Assembly (NCBI GenBank): GCA_943356525.1
Contig: CALRFG010000007.1
Location: 1-46,248, forward strand
Origin: Candidatus Nomurabacteria bacterium
Lineage (GTDB): Bacteria; Patescibacteriota; Minisyncoccia; Phycocordibacterales; CAIZLB01
Direction of reading: 5' to 3'
Length of the DNA stretch: 46,248 bases
The notes beneath the pieces are model-generated. The model worked only from the letters and a program-made list of their open reading frames with translations, was not told where the DNA came from and made no database searches. The position numbers and the translations under genes are program-made. Position 1 is the first letter of the stretch, and each line of letters starts with the position of its first letter. This document shows, piece by piece, positions 9,189 to 17,302 of the stretch.

Positions 9189-9546
9189 GTCCTTCAAACG
9201 ATAAGCCGAATTCTGTATCAGCACTTTCGTACTGACGACAGTCATTTATCTGGGATGAAGATTACTCTTCAACTCGAGCGGCACTTACGTGTAAACACGC
9301 ACACGGCCTTGCACTTATGTAAGAATTTAGCCGTTTCACTTTTACTATTTTTACAACACTGATAGTAAAATTAACTTTGTGTAAGCTAGTGTTAATTTTC
9401 AAAAACACACGTCACTGTTCGCATCGATATGTTGCCATATAAGGGAATTACCCTCTACAATTCTGCTTGAAATAAATTTCAGCAAGTGTTCGGACTTTCC
9501 TCTGTGATTTCTATAAAGAAATACAGCGACTGTCTGTTTGGAGGAC
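9189..9546 (-). ncRNA. rnpB: RNase P RNA (bacterial M1-type ribozyme)
   Basis: The minus strand carries the universally conserved P4 strands GAGGAAAGUCCG (9491-9502) and ACAGAAUUCGGCUUAUCG (9199-9216). It also carries AGAUAAAUGACUGUC and CAGACAGUCGC, as in E. coli M1 RNA. P1 is formed by GUCCUCCAAAC and GUUUGAAGGAC (10 of 11 bp). Length is ~358 nt. Confidence 0.9.
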
Positions 9547-9552
9547 ATAATA

Positions 9553-9581
9553 TATTTATCGTATTTTTTGGGTTATGTCAA
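9553..9581 (-). promoter_or_regulatory. Sigma70-type promoter for rnpB
   Basis: The minus strand reads TTGACA, a 17-nt spacer, TAAATA, 6 nt, and then the G at the 5' end of P1. Confidence 0.55.
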
Positions 9582-9604
9582 GTAATTTGCTAATGCCAAT
9601 CTGC

Positions 9605-9610
9605 TACAAT
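9605..9610 (+). promoter_or_regulatory. Extended -10 box (TGcTACAAT) 7 nt upstream of the murJ ATG
   Basis: The sequence reads CTGCTACAATAAGCTCA-ATG. Confidence 0.4.
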
Positions 9611-9617
9611 AAGCTCA

Positions 9618-10949
9618 ATGCAATTACTAAATACATTAAAAAACAGACTCAAATCAAAGTCTATACAAAAAACTGCTATCATGATCGCCGGTTTTACTTT
9701 TTTGTCTCAGCTTCTGTCTATTTTTAGAGATAGACTTTTTGCCAATCAGCTGGGAACAGGTTTGATACTAGATAGTTATTATTATGCTTTTAGAATACCT
9801 GACATACTATTTGCAATTTTTACCTCACTAGTTTCAGTTACTGTATTGATCCCGCTTTTAGTAAAATACGATAAAGATAATGATCATGGGACAATGAAAA
9901 AAGTTTACAATATACTTTTCTCAGTATTCTTTATTTTCTCTACTGTGTTGATATTACTGTTGATAATTTATATGCCATTTCTTATAACAAAATTGGTTGC
10001 ACCTGGAGTGAGAGATTTAAATGTTGTGAATGATATTATCCTTTATTCAAGACTGCTATTGCTACAACCATTTTTCTTAGGCTTATCAAATCTTTTGGGT
10101 TCATATACGCAGATGAAAGAAAAGTTTTTACTATACTCTTTATCACCGCTTATTTACAATATTGCTACTATTTTTGGTTTAGTTTTCTTATATCCATTTT
10201 TTGGAATCAAAGGAGTGATTTACGGTATACTTATCGGAAGTATAATGCATGGACTTATACAAATACCTTTTATACATGCAAACAGATTTTTACCTGTTTT
10301 TATTAGAATTAAAAAATCTGATTTACCTATAATAAAAGAAATAATTTTATCATCTCTACCTCGTGCATTTATATTATCATTATTCCAAATACAGTTTTTA
10401 TTTTTAAATAGTTTTGCATCGCTTTCAAATGCAGGAAATACTTCCATATTAAACTTTGCCAATAACCTTCAGGGTGTACCTATGGCTTTAATAGGTGTAT
10501 CTTTTGTTGTTGCCGCGTTCCCAAGATTTACCAAAAGGTTTGCCGAAGGAGATGAAAAATCTTTTTGGGATATTTTTCAATATACAGTTAAAAAAATACT
10601 TATTTATTGTGGATTAGCCACTATAAGTATATGGTTTTTAAAAGATTATATAGTTTTCATTTTGTTGGGTGATATAGAAGCCTATAAAATAATTGCCTTA
10701 TCTTTTGGAATATTTACACTGTCCCTTATACCACAATGTCTACAGCTTTTGATTATTCGTGTTTATTATGCAAGAGGAGAAAATAGAACACCTGCTTTTT
10801 TAAGTATTGTTGGAGCAATTCTGATTATAATGTTAGCTTATTTTTCAAATAAAGATGCTGTGTCAATTGCAACGGCATTTACTATCGGTTCATGGATATC
10901 TTGTTTGGTTTTTGTGTTCAGTTTGAAAAAATTTATAAAACTTTCTTAG
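9618..10949 (+). CDS. murJ: Lipid II flippase MurJ/MviN family
   Basis: 443 aa polytopic membrane protein. The N-terminus (AGFTFLSQLLSIFRDRLFANQLGTG...DSYYYAFRIPD) matches the MurJ signature. Confidence 0.85.
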   Translation: MQLLNTLKNRLKSKSIQKTAIMIAGFTFLSQLLSIFRDRLFANQLGTGLILDSYYYAFRIPDILFAIFTSLVSVTVLIPLLVKYDKDNDHGTMKKVYNILFSVFFIFSTVLILLLIIYMPFLITKLVAPGVRDLNVVNDIILYSRLLLLQPFFLGLSNLLGSYTQMKEKFLLYSLSPLIYNIATIFGLVFLYPFFGIKGVIYGILIGSIMHGLIQIPFIHANRFLPVFIRIKKSDLPIIKEIILSSLPRAFILSLFQIQFLFLNSFASLSNAGNTSILNFANNLQGVPMALIGVSFVVAAFPRFTKRFAEGDEKSFWDIFQYTVKKILIYCGLATISIWFLKDYIVFILLGDIEAYKIIALSFGIFTLSLIPQCLQLLIIRVYYARGENRTPAFLSIVGAILIIMLAYFSNKDAVSIATAFTIGSWISCLVFVFSLKKFIKLS

Positions 10950-10952
10950 GAA

Positions 10953-11279
10953 TTATTGTAAATCAAGTTGCTCCTCAACGTCACTTTTCCTAACTATTTT
11001 TTTTGACAATTTGTTTAAAAACTTTATAGCGACAAAAACTGAAACCGCTATTATTAAGAAGTTTATTATATTGTTTGCAAACATACCCAATCTTACACCA
11101 GCGGGTGACCAATTTGAAAAATCAACGTTACCGATAAGTCCGATAGATGGCATGATTATATCATCAACAAGTGAGGTAACTATTTTACCAAAAGCTGTAC
11201 CGATTACAACTGCAACTGCTAGATCCATAACATTACCCTTTATTGCAAAGGCTTTAAATTCTTCTGTAAAATTTTTCAT
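10953..11279 (-). CDS. mscL: Large-conductance mechanosensitive channel
   Basis: 108 aa with [37 protein letters not shown], the canonical MscL N-terminus and TM1. Confidence 0.9.
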   Translation of the reverse strand: MKNFTEEFKAFAIKGNVMDLAVAVVIGTAFGKIVTSLVDDIIMPSIGLIGNVDFSNWSPAGVRLGMFANNIINFLIIAVSVFVAIKFLNKLSKKIVRKSDVEEQLDLQ

Positions 11280-11340
11280 ATTTTTGCTATTTTGTGATAT
11301 ATTAGTTTTATAACTTTAATTATATAATATATTCTCAAAA

Positions 11341-12354
11341 ATGTCTTTATTTTCAAAAAAACTTGGTATAGATCTTGGAACAGCAAATACTTTAGTATTC
11401 TTACCAGGTAAGGGTATTATCTTGAACGAACCTTCTGTTGTAGCTGTATCAGAAGGAGACAATCAGATACTTGCTGTAGGTATAGAAGCTAAAGAAATGA
11501 TTGGAAAAACACCTGATTCCATCATAGCTTATAGGCCTATGCGTGATGGTGTTATTGCGGACTACAGAGTCACTGAGGCTATGCTCAGATATTTTATACA
11601 TAAAGCCTTGGGTAAGTGGAATATAATAGCCCCTGAAGTCATGATATCTGTTCCAGCAGGTGTTACTTCCACTGAGCGACGTGCTGTTATCGAGGCGGCT
11701 ATACGTGCTGGCGCTAAAAACGCTTATGTGGTGAAAGAGCCGATACTTGCAGCTATAGGGGCAGGTATATCTATACAAGATCCTTGTGGAAATATGATAG
11801 TTGATATAGGAGGTGGTACAACAGATGTTGCTGTTATATCACTTGGGGGAATTGTAGTCTGTTCATCGGTCAAATGTGCTGGTACCCGTATCGACAACGC
11901 TATCATTGATTATGTTAAGAAAAATTATAACCTAGCTATAGGTGAAAAGACCGCAGAGGATATAAAGATAAAGATAGGTTCTGCAGTTACCGTTGAAGAG
12001 GAATTGTCTGTGACAATAAAAGGAAGAGATTATATAACAGGACTTCCTCGTCCTATAGAGTTGAAAACAAATGAAATAGTTAAAGCTATATCTAAAGAGT
12101 TGAGGGATATGATAAAAGCAATAAAAGACGTATTGCAAGAGACTCCACCAGAGCTGGCATCCGACATTATAGATCAAGGTATAACCATGACAGGAGGTTC
12201 ATCACTTTTGAGAAATCTAGATGAGTTGGTATTTCGTCGTACAGGAGTAAAAGCTCATGTTGCAGATGATGCACTTTATTGTGTTGTTAAAGGAACAGGT
12301 ATAGCACTTGACCATTTGAATGCATATAAAAAAGCCATAGTAACTAAAAGATAA
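11341..12354 (+). CDS. mreB: Rod shape-determining protein MreB
   Basis: 337 aa with GIDLGTANTLV, EPSVVA, DIGGGTTDVAVISLGG and MTGGSSLLRNLD motifs. Confidence 0.97.
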   Translation: MSLFSKKLGIDLGTANTLVFLPGKGIILNEPSVVAVSEGDNQILAVGIEAKEMIGKTPDSIIAYRPMRDGVIADYRVTEAMLRYFIHKALGKWNIIAPEVMISVPAGVTSTERRAVIEAAIRAGAKNAYVVKEPILAAIGAGISIQDPCGNMIVDIGGGTTDVAVISLGGIVVCSSVKCAGTRIDNAIIDYVKKNYNLAIGEKTAEDIKIKIGSAVTVEEELSVTIKGRDYITGLPRPIELKTNEIVKAISKELRDMIKAIKDVLQETPPELASDIIDQGITMTGGSSLLRNLDELVFRRTGVKAHVADDALYCVVKGTGIALDHLNAYKKAIVTKR

Positions 12355-12355
12355 T

Positions 12356-12919
12356 ATGGAAATACAAAAAGGTGAAGCCGTATTTTTTAAATCTGATAAA
12401 ACTTTTGAAGAAAGGGTAATTTTTATAAATAACACGTTTGCTTCAAGTTCTGATATTGTTATTTTAAAAAATAAAACTATATCAATAGATGATATACGTG
12501 ATTTTCAAAATGATTTTCAGAAATCTTCATCTGATTTAAATGATGATTTTCAAAAACTCGGTATACTTATTTTTGATGATATTTCTCCACAAGCTCAAAA
12601 TTCATTGCTGAAAATTTTGGAAGATATAGATAAAGAAAATTGCATAATCTTGTATACAAATAAAAATGTCAAATTATTGTCAACTATATTGTCAAGGGTG
12701 GTTCAACTAGATGAGGAAGAGAAAAGGAAAATAGGAAAACCTGAACTTCCAGATCTAAATGATAAAGAAAATCCACCCGACAAACAGCAAGTTATAGAAT
12801 GGATAAAATATACTATAGAAAACAGTAAGATAAATAAGGACAAGAAACCATTGATATGGATAAATAGTCCAAGTCCGAATATAAAGTATATAATAGAATA
12901 TGTAAATTTATTTTATTGA
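12356..12919 (+). CDS. Minimal DNA polymerase III delta'-like (clamp-loader AAA+ remnant) protein
   Basis: 187 aa. The segment ILIFDDISPQAQNSLLKILEDIDKENCIILYTNKNVKLLSTILSRVVQL matches the Walker B / sensor-1 / SRC region of delta' and gamma subunits. No Walker A motif is present. Confidence 0.5.
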   Translation: MEIQKGEAVFFKSDKTFEERVIFINNTFASSSDIVILKNKTISIDDIRDFQNDFQKSSSDLNDDFQKLGILIFDDISPQAQNSLLKILEDIDKENCIILYTNKNVKLLSTILSRVVQLDEEEKRKIGKPELPDLNDKENPPDKQQVIEWIKYTIENSKINKDKKPLIWINSPSPNIKYIIEYVNLFY

Positions 12920-12933
12920 AACAAATAGAGTTG

Positions 12934-12942
12934 TGATATAAT
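12934..12942 (+). promoter_or_regulatory. Extended -10 box (TGaTATAAT) 6 nt upstream of the msrB ATG
   Basis: The sequence reads GTGATATAATGTTTTC-ATG. Confidence 0.5.
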
Positions 12943-12948
12943 GTTTTC

Positions 12949-13308
12949 ATGAATAAATTAACATTTGAAGAAGAAGATGTAATTGTCTATAAAAAAACAG
13001 AGGCACCTTTTAAAGGAAAATTTGTAAACTTTAAAGATGTTGGAATATATACGTGTAAAAGATGTGATGCGCCTTTATATAAATCAGAAGATAAATTTGA
13101 ATCTGATTGTGGTTGGCCAAGTTTTGACAATGCAGTTGATGGGGCGGTTAAAGAGATACTGGATACAGATGGAAGAAGAGTAGAGATAGTATGTAACAAC
13201 TGTGGAGGGCATTTAGGACATGTGTTTAGAGGAGAGAATATGACAGTGAAGAATATACGGTATTGTGTTAACTCTATTAGTATGAATTTTACACCTGTGG
13301 AGAAGTAG
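12949..13308 (+). CDS. msrB: Peptide-methionine (R)-S-oxide reductase
   Basis: Two CxxC zinc motifs (CKRCDAPL, CNNCGGHLGHVF), the GWPSF motif and the catalytic RYCVNS. Confidence 0.95.
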   Translation: MNKLTFEEEDVIVYKKTEAPFKGKFVNFKDVGIYTCKRCDAPLYKSEDKFESDCGWPSFDNAVDGAVKEILDTDGRRVEIVCNNCGGHLGHVFRGENMTVKNIRYCVNSISMNFTPVEK

Positions 13309-13340
13309 TGTATTTAATATTTTGTGTTTATTTTGTCAAA

Positions 13341-13349
13341 TGATATAAT
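13341..13349 (+). promoter_or_regulatory. Extended -10 box (TGaTATAAT) 6 nt upstream of the ATG at 13356
   Basis: The sequence reads AAATGATATAATACCCAC-ATG. Confidence 0.5.
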
Positions 13350-13355
13350 ACCCAC

Positions 13356-13658
13356 ATGTCAACAGAAAACAACATAACCTTCGAATCCGATAAATTCAAA
13401 TACAAATCAAGAGTTATACTAGGACAGACTCAAGTACCAGGTATGACAAAGTTTTTATTGGGTAAGGGTATAGTTAAGAATGAGAAGCAAGCAATGAGTA
13501 TTTTATCAATAACAACGGTACTGTTTCTAGGATTAAGTATTTTTATTATTTATACAAATTTTTTTAAGGAACCAGCAGTTCCAACGATTACACCAGAACA
13601 AGAGATGTTCTATAATCTAGAAAGAGATGCTTTAGATAAGCTTAATAAAAGTAAATAA
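13356..13658 (+). CDS. Hypothetical single-pass membrane protein, first gene of the pilin cluster
   Basis: 100 aa with a central hydrophobic helix (ILSITTVLFLGLSIFIIY). Its stop lies 4 nt before the pilin ATG. Confidence 0.55.
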   Translation: MSTENNITFESDKFKYKSRVILGQTQVPGMTKFLLGKGIVKNEKQAMSILSITTVLFLGLSIFIIYTNFFKEPAVPTITPEQEMFYNLERDALDKLNKSK

Positions 13659-13662
13659 AATA

Positions 13663-14388
13663 ATGAAAAACTTTATTTTTAAGAAAAATACAAAAAAAAC
13701 TTCAGAAGGTTTTACTTTAATAGAATTATTGGTAGTTATATCAATAATAGGATTACTTTCAAGTATTGTTTTAGCCTCACTTAAAGACGCGAGAGATAAG
13801 GCGAATGTAGTCAAATTTAGCTCTGAGATAGATCAATTTAAGACTGCGTTGGAGTTGTATAGGGGTGTTAAGGGTGTATATCCAAATGAAAATACATTAA
13901 AAGTGAATAAGTTTTATAATAACAATCTTAGTGTTGTGCAGTCCTACATTGACCCTAATTTTATTGGCCCAATACAGTATCCATTAAATTCTGAAATTTC
14001 TCTGTCAACACTCATATCAGATTATATGAAAAATTTACCTCAGGTACCTAAAAACCCTCAGGTACCTAAAAACTCTTACACATCGATACAGACTAATGTG
14101 GGATTATTGCAATCCCCTAATATTGAAGCTTGGGCCTATATAACTAATGATAATACACTGTCTTCACCAATCTACAGGTGTGTAGGTGATGTTTCTGTAC
14201 CAAAATATCTGATAATTTTTAATAGTTCAAATCCTCAAATTTTCAATCACTATTCCTATCTACCTCATAGTGAAATATATACTTCTTCATCTTTTTCTTT
14301 TACAGGTGGTAGTATATCGATAAATATTGGTGGTAATAATTATAGCTGGACGCCTAACACTGCATCTCGCTGTTTTTCCCTTAAATAA
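13663..14388 (+). CDS. Type IV pilin / pseudopilin (prepilin-type N-terminal cleavage-methylation domain), paralogue 1
   Basis: Class III signal peptide ...SEG|FTLIELLVVISIIGLLSSIVLASL, with a C-terminal Cys pair (YRC...RCFSLK). Confidence 0.85.
   Translation: MKNFIFKKNTKKTSEGFTLIELLVVISIIGLLSSIVLASLKDARDKANVVKFSSEIDQFKTALELYRGVKGVYPNENTLKVNKFYNNNLSVVQSYIDPNFIGPIQYPLNSEISLSTLISDYMKNLPQVPKNPQVPKNSYTSIQTNVGLLQSPNIEAWAYITNDNTLSSPIYRCVGDVSVPKYLIIFNSSNPQIFNHYSYLPHSEIYTSSSFSFTGGSISINIGGNNYSWTPNTASRCFSLK
13731..13862 (+). repeat. 132-bp block, copy 1 (131/132 identical to 14575-14706)
   Basis: Direct base-by-base comparison shows a single difference (gatagatc versus gataaatc). The block encodes the pilin N-terminal helix. 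Confidence 0.95.
14038..14073 (+). repeat. Perfect in-frame 18-bp tandem duplication (cctcaggtacctaaaaac x2, PQVPKN x2)
   Basis: Read directly from the sequence inside pilin paralogue 1. Confidence 0.95.
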
Positions 14389-14406
14389 CTCTAGAAAATA
14401 ATTAAT
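14366..14406 (+). repeat. 41-bp block spanning the pilin stop codon, copy 1 (identical to 15093-15133)
   Basis: The string ctcgctgtttttcccttaaataactctagaaaataattaat is found identically after both pilin paralogues. Confidence 0.95.
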
Positions 14407-14476
14407 CGATTTGATATCAATGATTGATTTATATAAAGATATTAAACTACAAACAATACAAAAAACCTACAATAAT

Positions 14477-15115
14477 ATGAAAACATCACAAAAGTACCAC
14501 AATAGCATTTCTGTATTTCTAAATCGCCATGCTTCTAAGAAATATAAGTTAGGCTTTACCTTGATAGAGCTAATGGTAGTTATATCAATAATAGGATTAC
14601 TTTCAAGTATTGTTTTAGCCTCACTTAAAGACGCGAGAGATAAGGCGAATGTAGTCAAATTTAGCTCTGAGATAAATCAATTTAAGACTGCGTTGGAGTT
14701 GTATAGAGCTGATAAAGGTGAATATCCTTATGAAAACAAAAGTAGTTTAACTACTTTTAATAGCGACGACAACCGAACTACCTTAAATGATGGGAGCTCA
14801 AACCCAACACAAACTTCTGTTGCAACTATGATGTCAAATTATATAAAAATATTACCTAATTTTTCAAATGAATGTCCATATGTGCTTAGAGAAGGGTCTT
14901 GTCCTTGGTTTTACAGAACTAATAAAAATACACTATCTGATGGAAACTACAGATGTGTAGGTGACGTTTCTGTACCAAAATATGTTATAATATTTCTTAG
15001 TCCTACTACAGATACTAAAATTTTTAATCACTATTCCTATCTACCTCAATATGAACAATATATAAATAATGGTTGGGTGACTAGTGATGGAACTCGCTGT
15101 TTTTCCCTTAAATAA
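14477..15115 (+). CDS. Type IV pilin / pseudopilin, paralogue 2
   Basis: The signal ...KYKLG|FTLIELMVVISIIGLLSSIVLASL precedes the same conserved C-terminal block (YRCVGDVSVPKY...FNHYSYLP...RCFSLK). ATG 14477 is preferred over TTG 14411. Confidence 0.85.
   Translation: MKTSQKYHNSISVFLNRHASKKYKLGFTLIELMVVISIIGLLSSIVLASLKDARDKANVVKFSSEINQFKTALELYRADKGEYPYENKSSLTTFNSDDNRTTLNDGSSNPTQTSVATMMSNYIKILPNFSNECPYVLREGSCPWFYRTNKNTLSDGNYRCVGDVSVPKYVIIFLSPTTDTKIFNHYSYLPQYEQYINNGWVTSDGTRCFSLK
14575..14706 (+). repeat. 132-bp block, copy 2
   Basis: See 13731-13862. Confidence 0.95.
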
Positions 15116-15133
15116 CTCTAGAAAATAATTAAT
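15093..15133 (+). repeat. 41-bp block spanning the pilin stop codon, copy 2
   Basis: See 14366-14406. Confidence 0.95.
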
Positions 15134-15193
15134 TTTGCGATATCCGTGATTGATTTATTTTGAATAATCTCGATAAGCTATTATAATAAACCT

Positions 15194-15691
15194 ATGACAA
15201 AAAAAACAGTACTCGCAGGTGGATGCTTCTGGGGTATGGAAGACCTCATAAGAAAACTACCAGGTGTAATAAATACTGATGTTGTTTATGCTGGGGGTGT
15301 GATAGAAAATCCGAACTATGAAAATCACACAGGCTACACAGAATCAGTTCTCATAGAATACGACGATATTCAAACCAATTTTAAAAATCTTTTAGATTTC
15401 TTTTTTCAAATACATGATCCTTCAACATACAACAGACAGGGTAACGATATCGGTGAATCATATAAGTCAATCATTTTCTATAACGATGAAATAGAGATGA
15501 CTGAAGCAAAAGAGTTTATTGATTTGGTAAATAAATCAGAAAGATGGCCAGGACCAGTTATGACTGAACTTAAAAAACTCGACATGGATAAAGTTTACAA
15601 AGCTGAAGAATATCATCAAGATTATCTCATAAAAGTTCCTCGTGGGTATACATGTCACTATTTACGAGAGGGTGGGAGTTATTTAAAATAA
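15194..15691 (+). CDS. msrA: Peptide-methionine (S)-S-oxide reductase
   Basis: Catalytic GGCFWG motif at the N-terminus and a conserved YHQDYL region. A TATAAT box lies 6 nt upstream of the ATG. Confidence 0.95.
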   Translation: MTKKTVLAGGCFWGMEDLIRKLPGVINTDVVYAGGVIENPNYENHTGYTESVLIEYDDIQTNFKNLLDFFFQIHDPSTYNRQGNDIGESYKSIIFYNDEIEMTEAKEFIDLVNKSERWPGPVMTELKKLDMDKVYKAEEYHQDYLIKVPRGYTCHYLREGGSYLK

Positions 15692-15771
15692 AACACATTG
15701 TATCGGTCCAAACTGTTTAGGTGGAGGATCAAGCGGTAGATGGTAGTATTTTTATGCTATTATATCAAAAT

Positions 15772-16023
15772 ATGACAACATACATACTCGACGTTCGTAG
15801 CTCAGAAGAATATAAAAGCAGTCATATAGAAAATGCTATAAATTTACCTGTAGATGAGTTATTTGATAGAAGTAAATATGCACTAGCTATTTTAAAAAAC
15901 ATAGATAAAGAAAATGATCAAATAAAAGTATATTGTGCATCAGGTGCTAGAGCAGCTATAGTAAAAAGTATATTGGAATTTATGCAATATAAGAATGTTA
16001 CAAATATGGGCGGTTTGAACTAG
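15772..16023 (+). CDS. Single-domain rhodanese (sulfurtransferase) protein
   Basis: ILDVRSSEEYKSSHIENAINLP plus the active-site loop CASGARA. ATG 15772 is preferred over GTG 15721. Confidence 0.8.
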   Translation: MTTYILDVRSSEEYKSSHIENAINLPVDELFDRSKYALAILKNIDKENDQIKVYCASGARAAIVKSILEFMQYKNVTNMGGLN

Positions 16024-16056
16024 ATTATTTAAATATATTTTGACTACCATAAAAAT

Positions 16057-17253
16057 TTACTCTTGAACTTTCTCGACTGTCTTTATATAAACATTTTTAG
16101 GTGTAAAGCTACTTAACTCTATATATGAAGGTGTCTGAATATTATCTTTCTGTATAACAAAGTTATTATTACCAAGTTTAAACTTACTGCCATCTATTAT
16201 AATTTTAATATCATCTTTTTTAATATTAGTTATATCTCTATTATTACCAACAACAGTAACCGTGATCTCGTCAGGTTGACTTGTTTTTATAACCATATTT
16301 GAATCTATGTATCTATATTCGATAGGTACATTATAATCCGCTTTTATAACTCCAGTTTTATATGCTGAGTAAAACCAAAAAGTTAAGCCAAACAATATAG
16401 CTACACTTTTAAAGATAAAATTTTTAACAAAAACCTTTTGGAATAAATTTTTACCTATACTTACTTTAACTTTTTTAGACTCTTCACCTGTAAACTTAGC
16501 AATAATAACCTCTAACTCCGCAGGAGTTTTTACTTTTGTTAAAACACCTTTTGAAGAAACAGAGACCTCGCCCCTTTCTTCAGAAATAACTATAGCCATA
16601 GCGTCAGTTCCTTCTGTTATACCAGCTGCAGCACGATGTCTTGTTCCAACTTTTCTATAATCACTAAACTCACGAGCGAGAGGGAGGTGAAGTCCAAACT
16701 TTTTTATCTCTGATCCTTCTATGAGTATAGCCCCATCATGTCCAGGAGATGATGGGTCAAAGATACTTAGTATAATAGCCGCTGTTATTTGTCCGTTAAG
16801 CGGAAAACCACCTTCAATCAAATCATCAAGTGGGTATTCACCTGGAAAAACTATGATGGCACCAACTTTTCCTGTAGCCATTTCGAAAACCGCTCTTACA
16901 ATAGTCTGTATATTATTTCTAGGCAAAACTAAAGATTTTGAAAATGATTTTATTCTACCTGATGAAATCCATTTAAAAAATTTTCTAATCTCCGGTTGAA
17001 AAACTATAACAAATATAGCAATAAATAAAGTTAATAAGGGTTCAAATAATTGTCTCGTTAAACTAAGGTCAAATTTTTTGGCAATAAAGTCTAAACTAAA
17101 AAGTAATACAAAAGCTCCAAGTATGAAAAATGATCTTGTTTGTTTTATAAAAACAAGAAGGAAATAAAAACAAATTGTTATAATTAAAACATCAAATATA
17201 TCTTTAAAAATGATTAAAGATAATATTTTTTGAATTTGCATTATATATTCCAT
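16057..17253 (-). CDS. cdaA: Diadenylate cyclase CdaA with a C-terminal TM helix and YbbR-like (CdaR-type) domain
   Basis: N-terminal TM helices are followed by a DAC domain with DGA and RHR motifs (SPGHDGAILIEG, GTRHRAAAGITE). An extra TM helix (FIFKSVAILFGLTFWFYSAY) follows, then a ~100-aa beta-rich module resembling YbbR repeats (NVPIEYRYID...ITVTVVGNNRDI). Confidence 0.85.
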   Translation of the reverse strand: MEYIMQIQKILSLIIFKDIFDVLIITICFYFLLVFIKQTRSFFILGAFVLLFSLDFIAKKFDLSLTRQLFEPLLTLFIAIFVIVFQPEIRKFFKWISSGRIKSFSKSLVLPRNNIQTIVRAVFEMATGKVGAIIVFPGEYPLDDLIEGGFPLNGQITAAIILSIFDPSSPGHDGAILIEGSEIKKFGLHLPLAREFSDYRKVGTRHRAAAGITEGTDAMAIVISEERGEVSVSSKGVLTKVKTPAELEVIIAKFTGEESKKVKVSIGKNLFQKVFVKNFIFKSVAILFGLTFWFYSAYKTGVIKADYNVPIEYRYIDSNMVIKTSQPDEITVTVVGNNRDITNIKKDDIKIIIDGSKFKLGNNNFVIQKDNIQTPSYIELSSFTPKNVYIKTVEKVQE

Positions 17254-17302
17254 ATAAAATCATTATACACAAATATCAAAATATCTTGTAGATGGTTTTC
17301 AA

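Noticed and set aside
14411-14476. TTG-initiated extension of pilin paralogue 2. Similar upstream extensions occur at 34736 (pth), 42371 (FAD oxidase), 15721 (rhodanese) and 1680 (trxB).
   Set aside because: Internal ATGs give N-termini that match the family consensus and sit at the typical 6-9 nt from a -10 box. The extensions overlap neighbouring genes or add unrelated residues.
13731-15133. Whether the repeated 132-bp and 41-bp blocks could be a CRISPR-like or mobile-element repeat.
   Set aside because: There are only two copies, both in frame within paralogous pilin genes or at their 3' ends. No spacer periodicity, inverted repeats or transposase are present.
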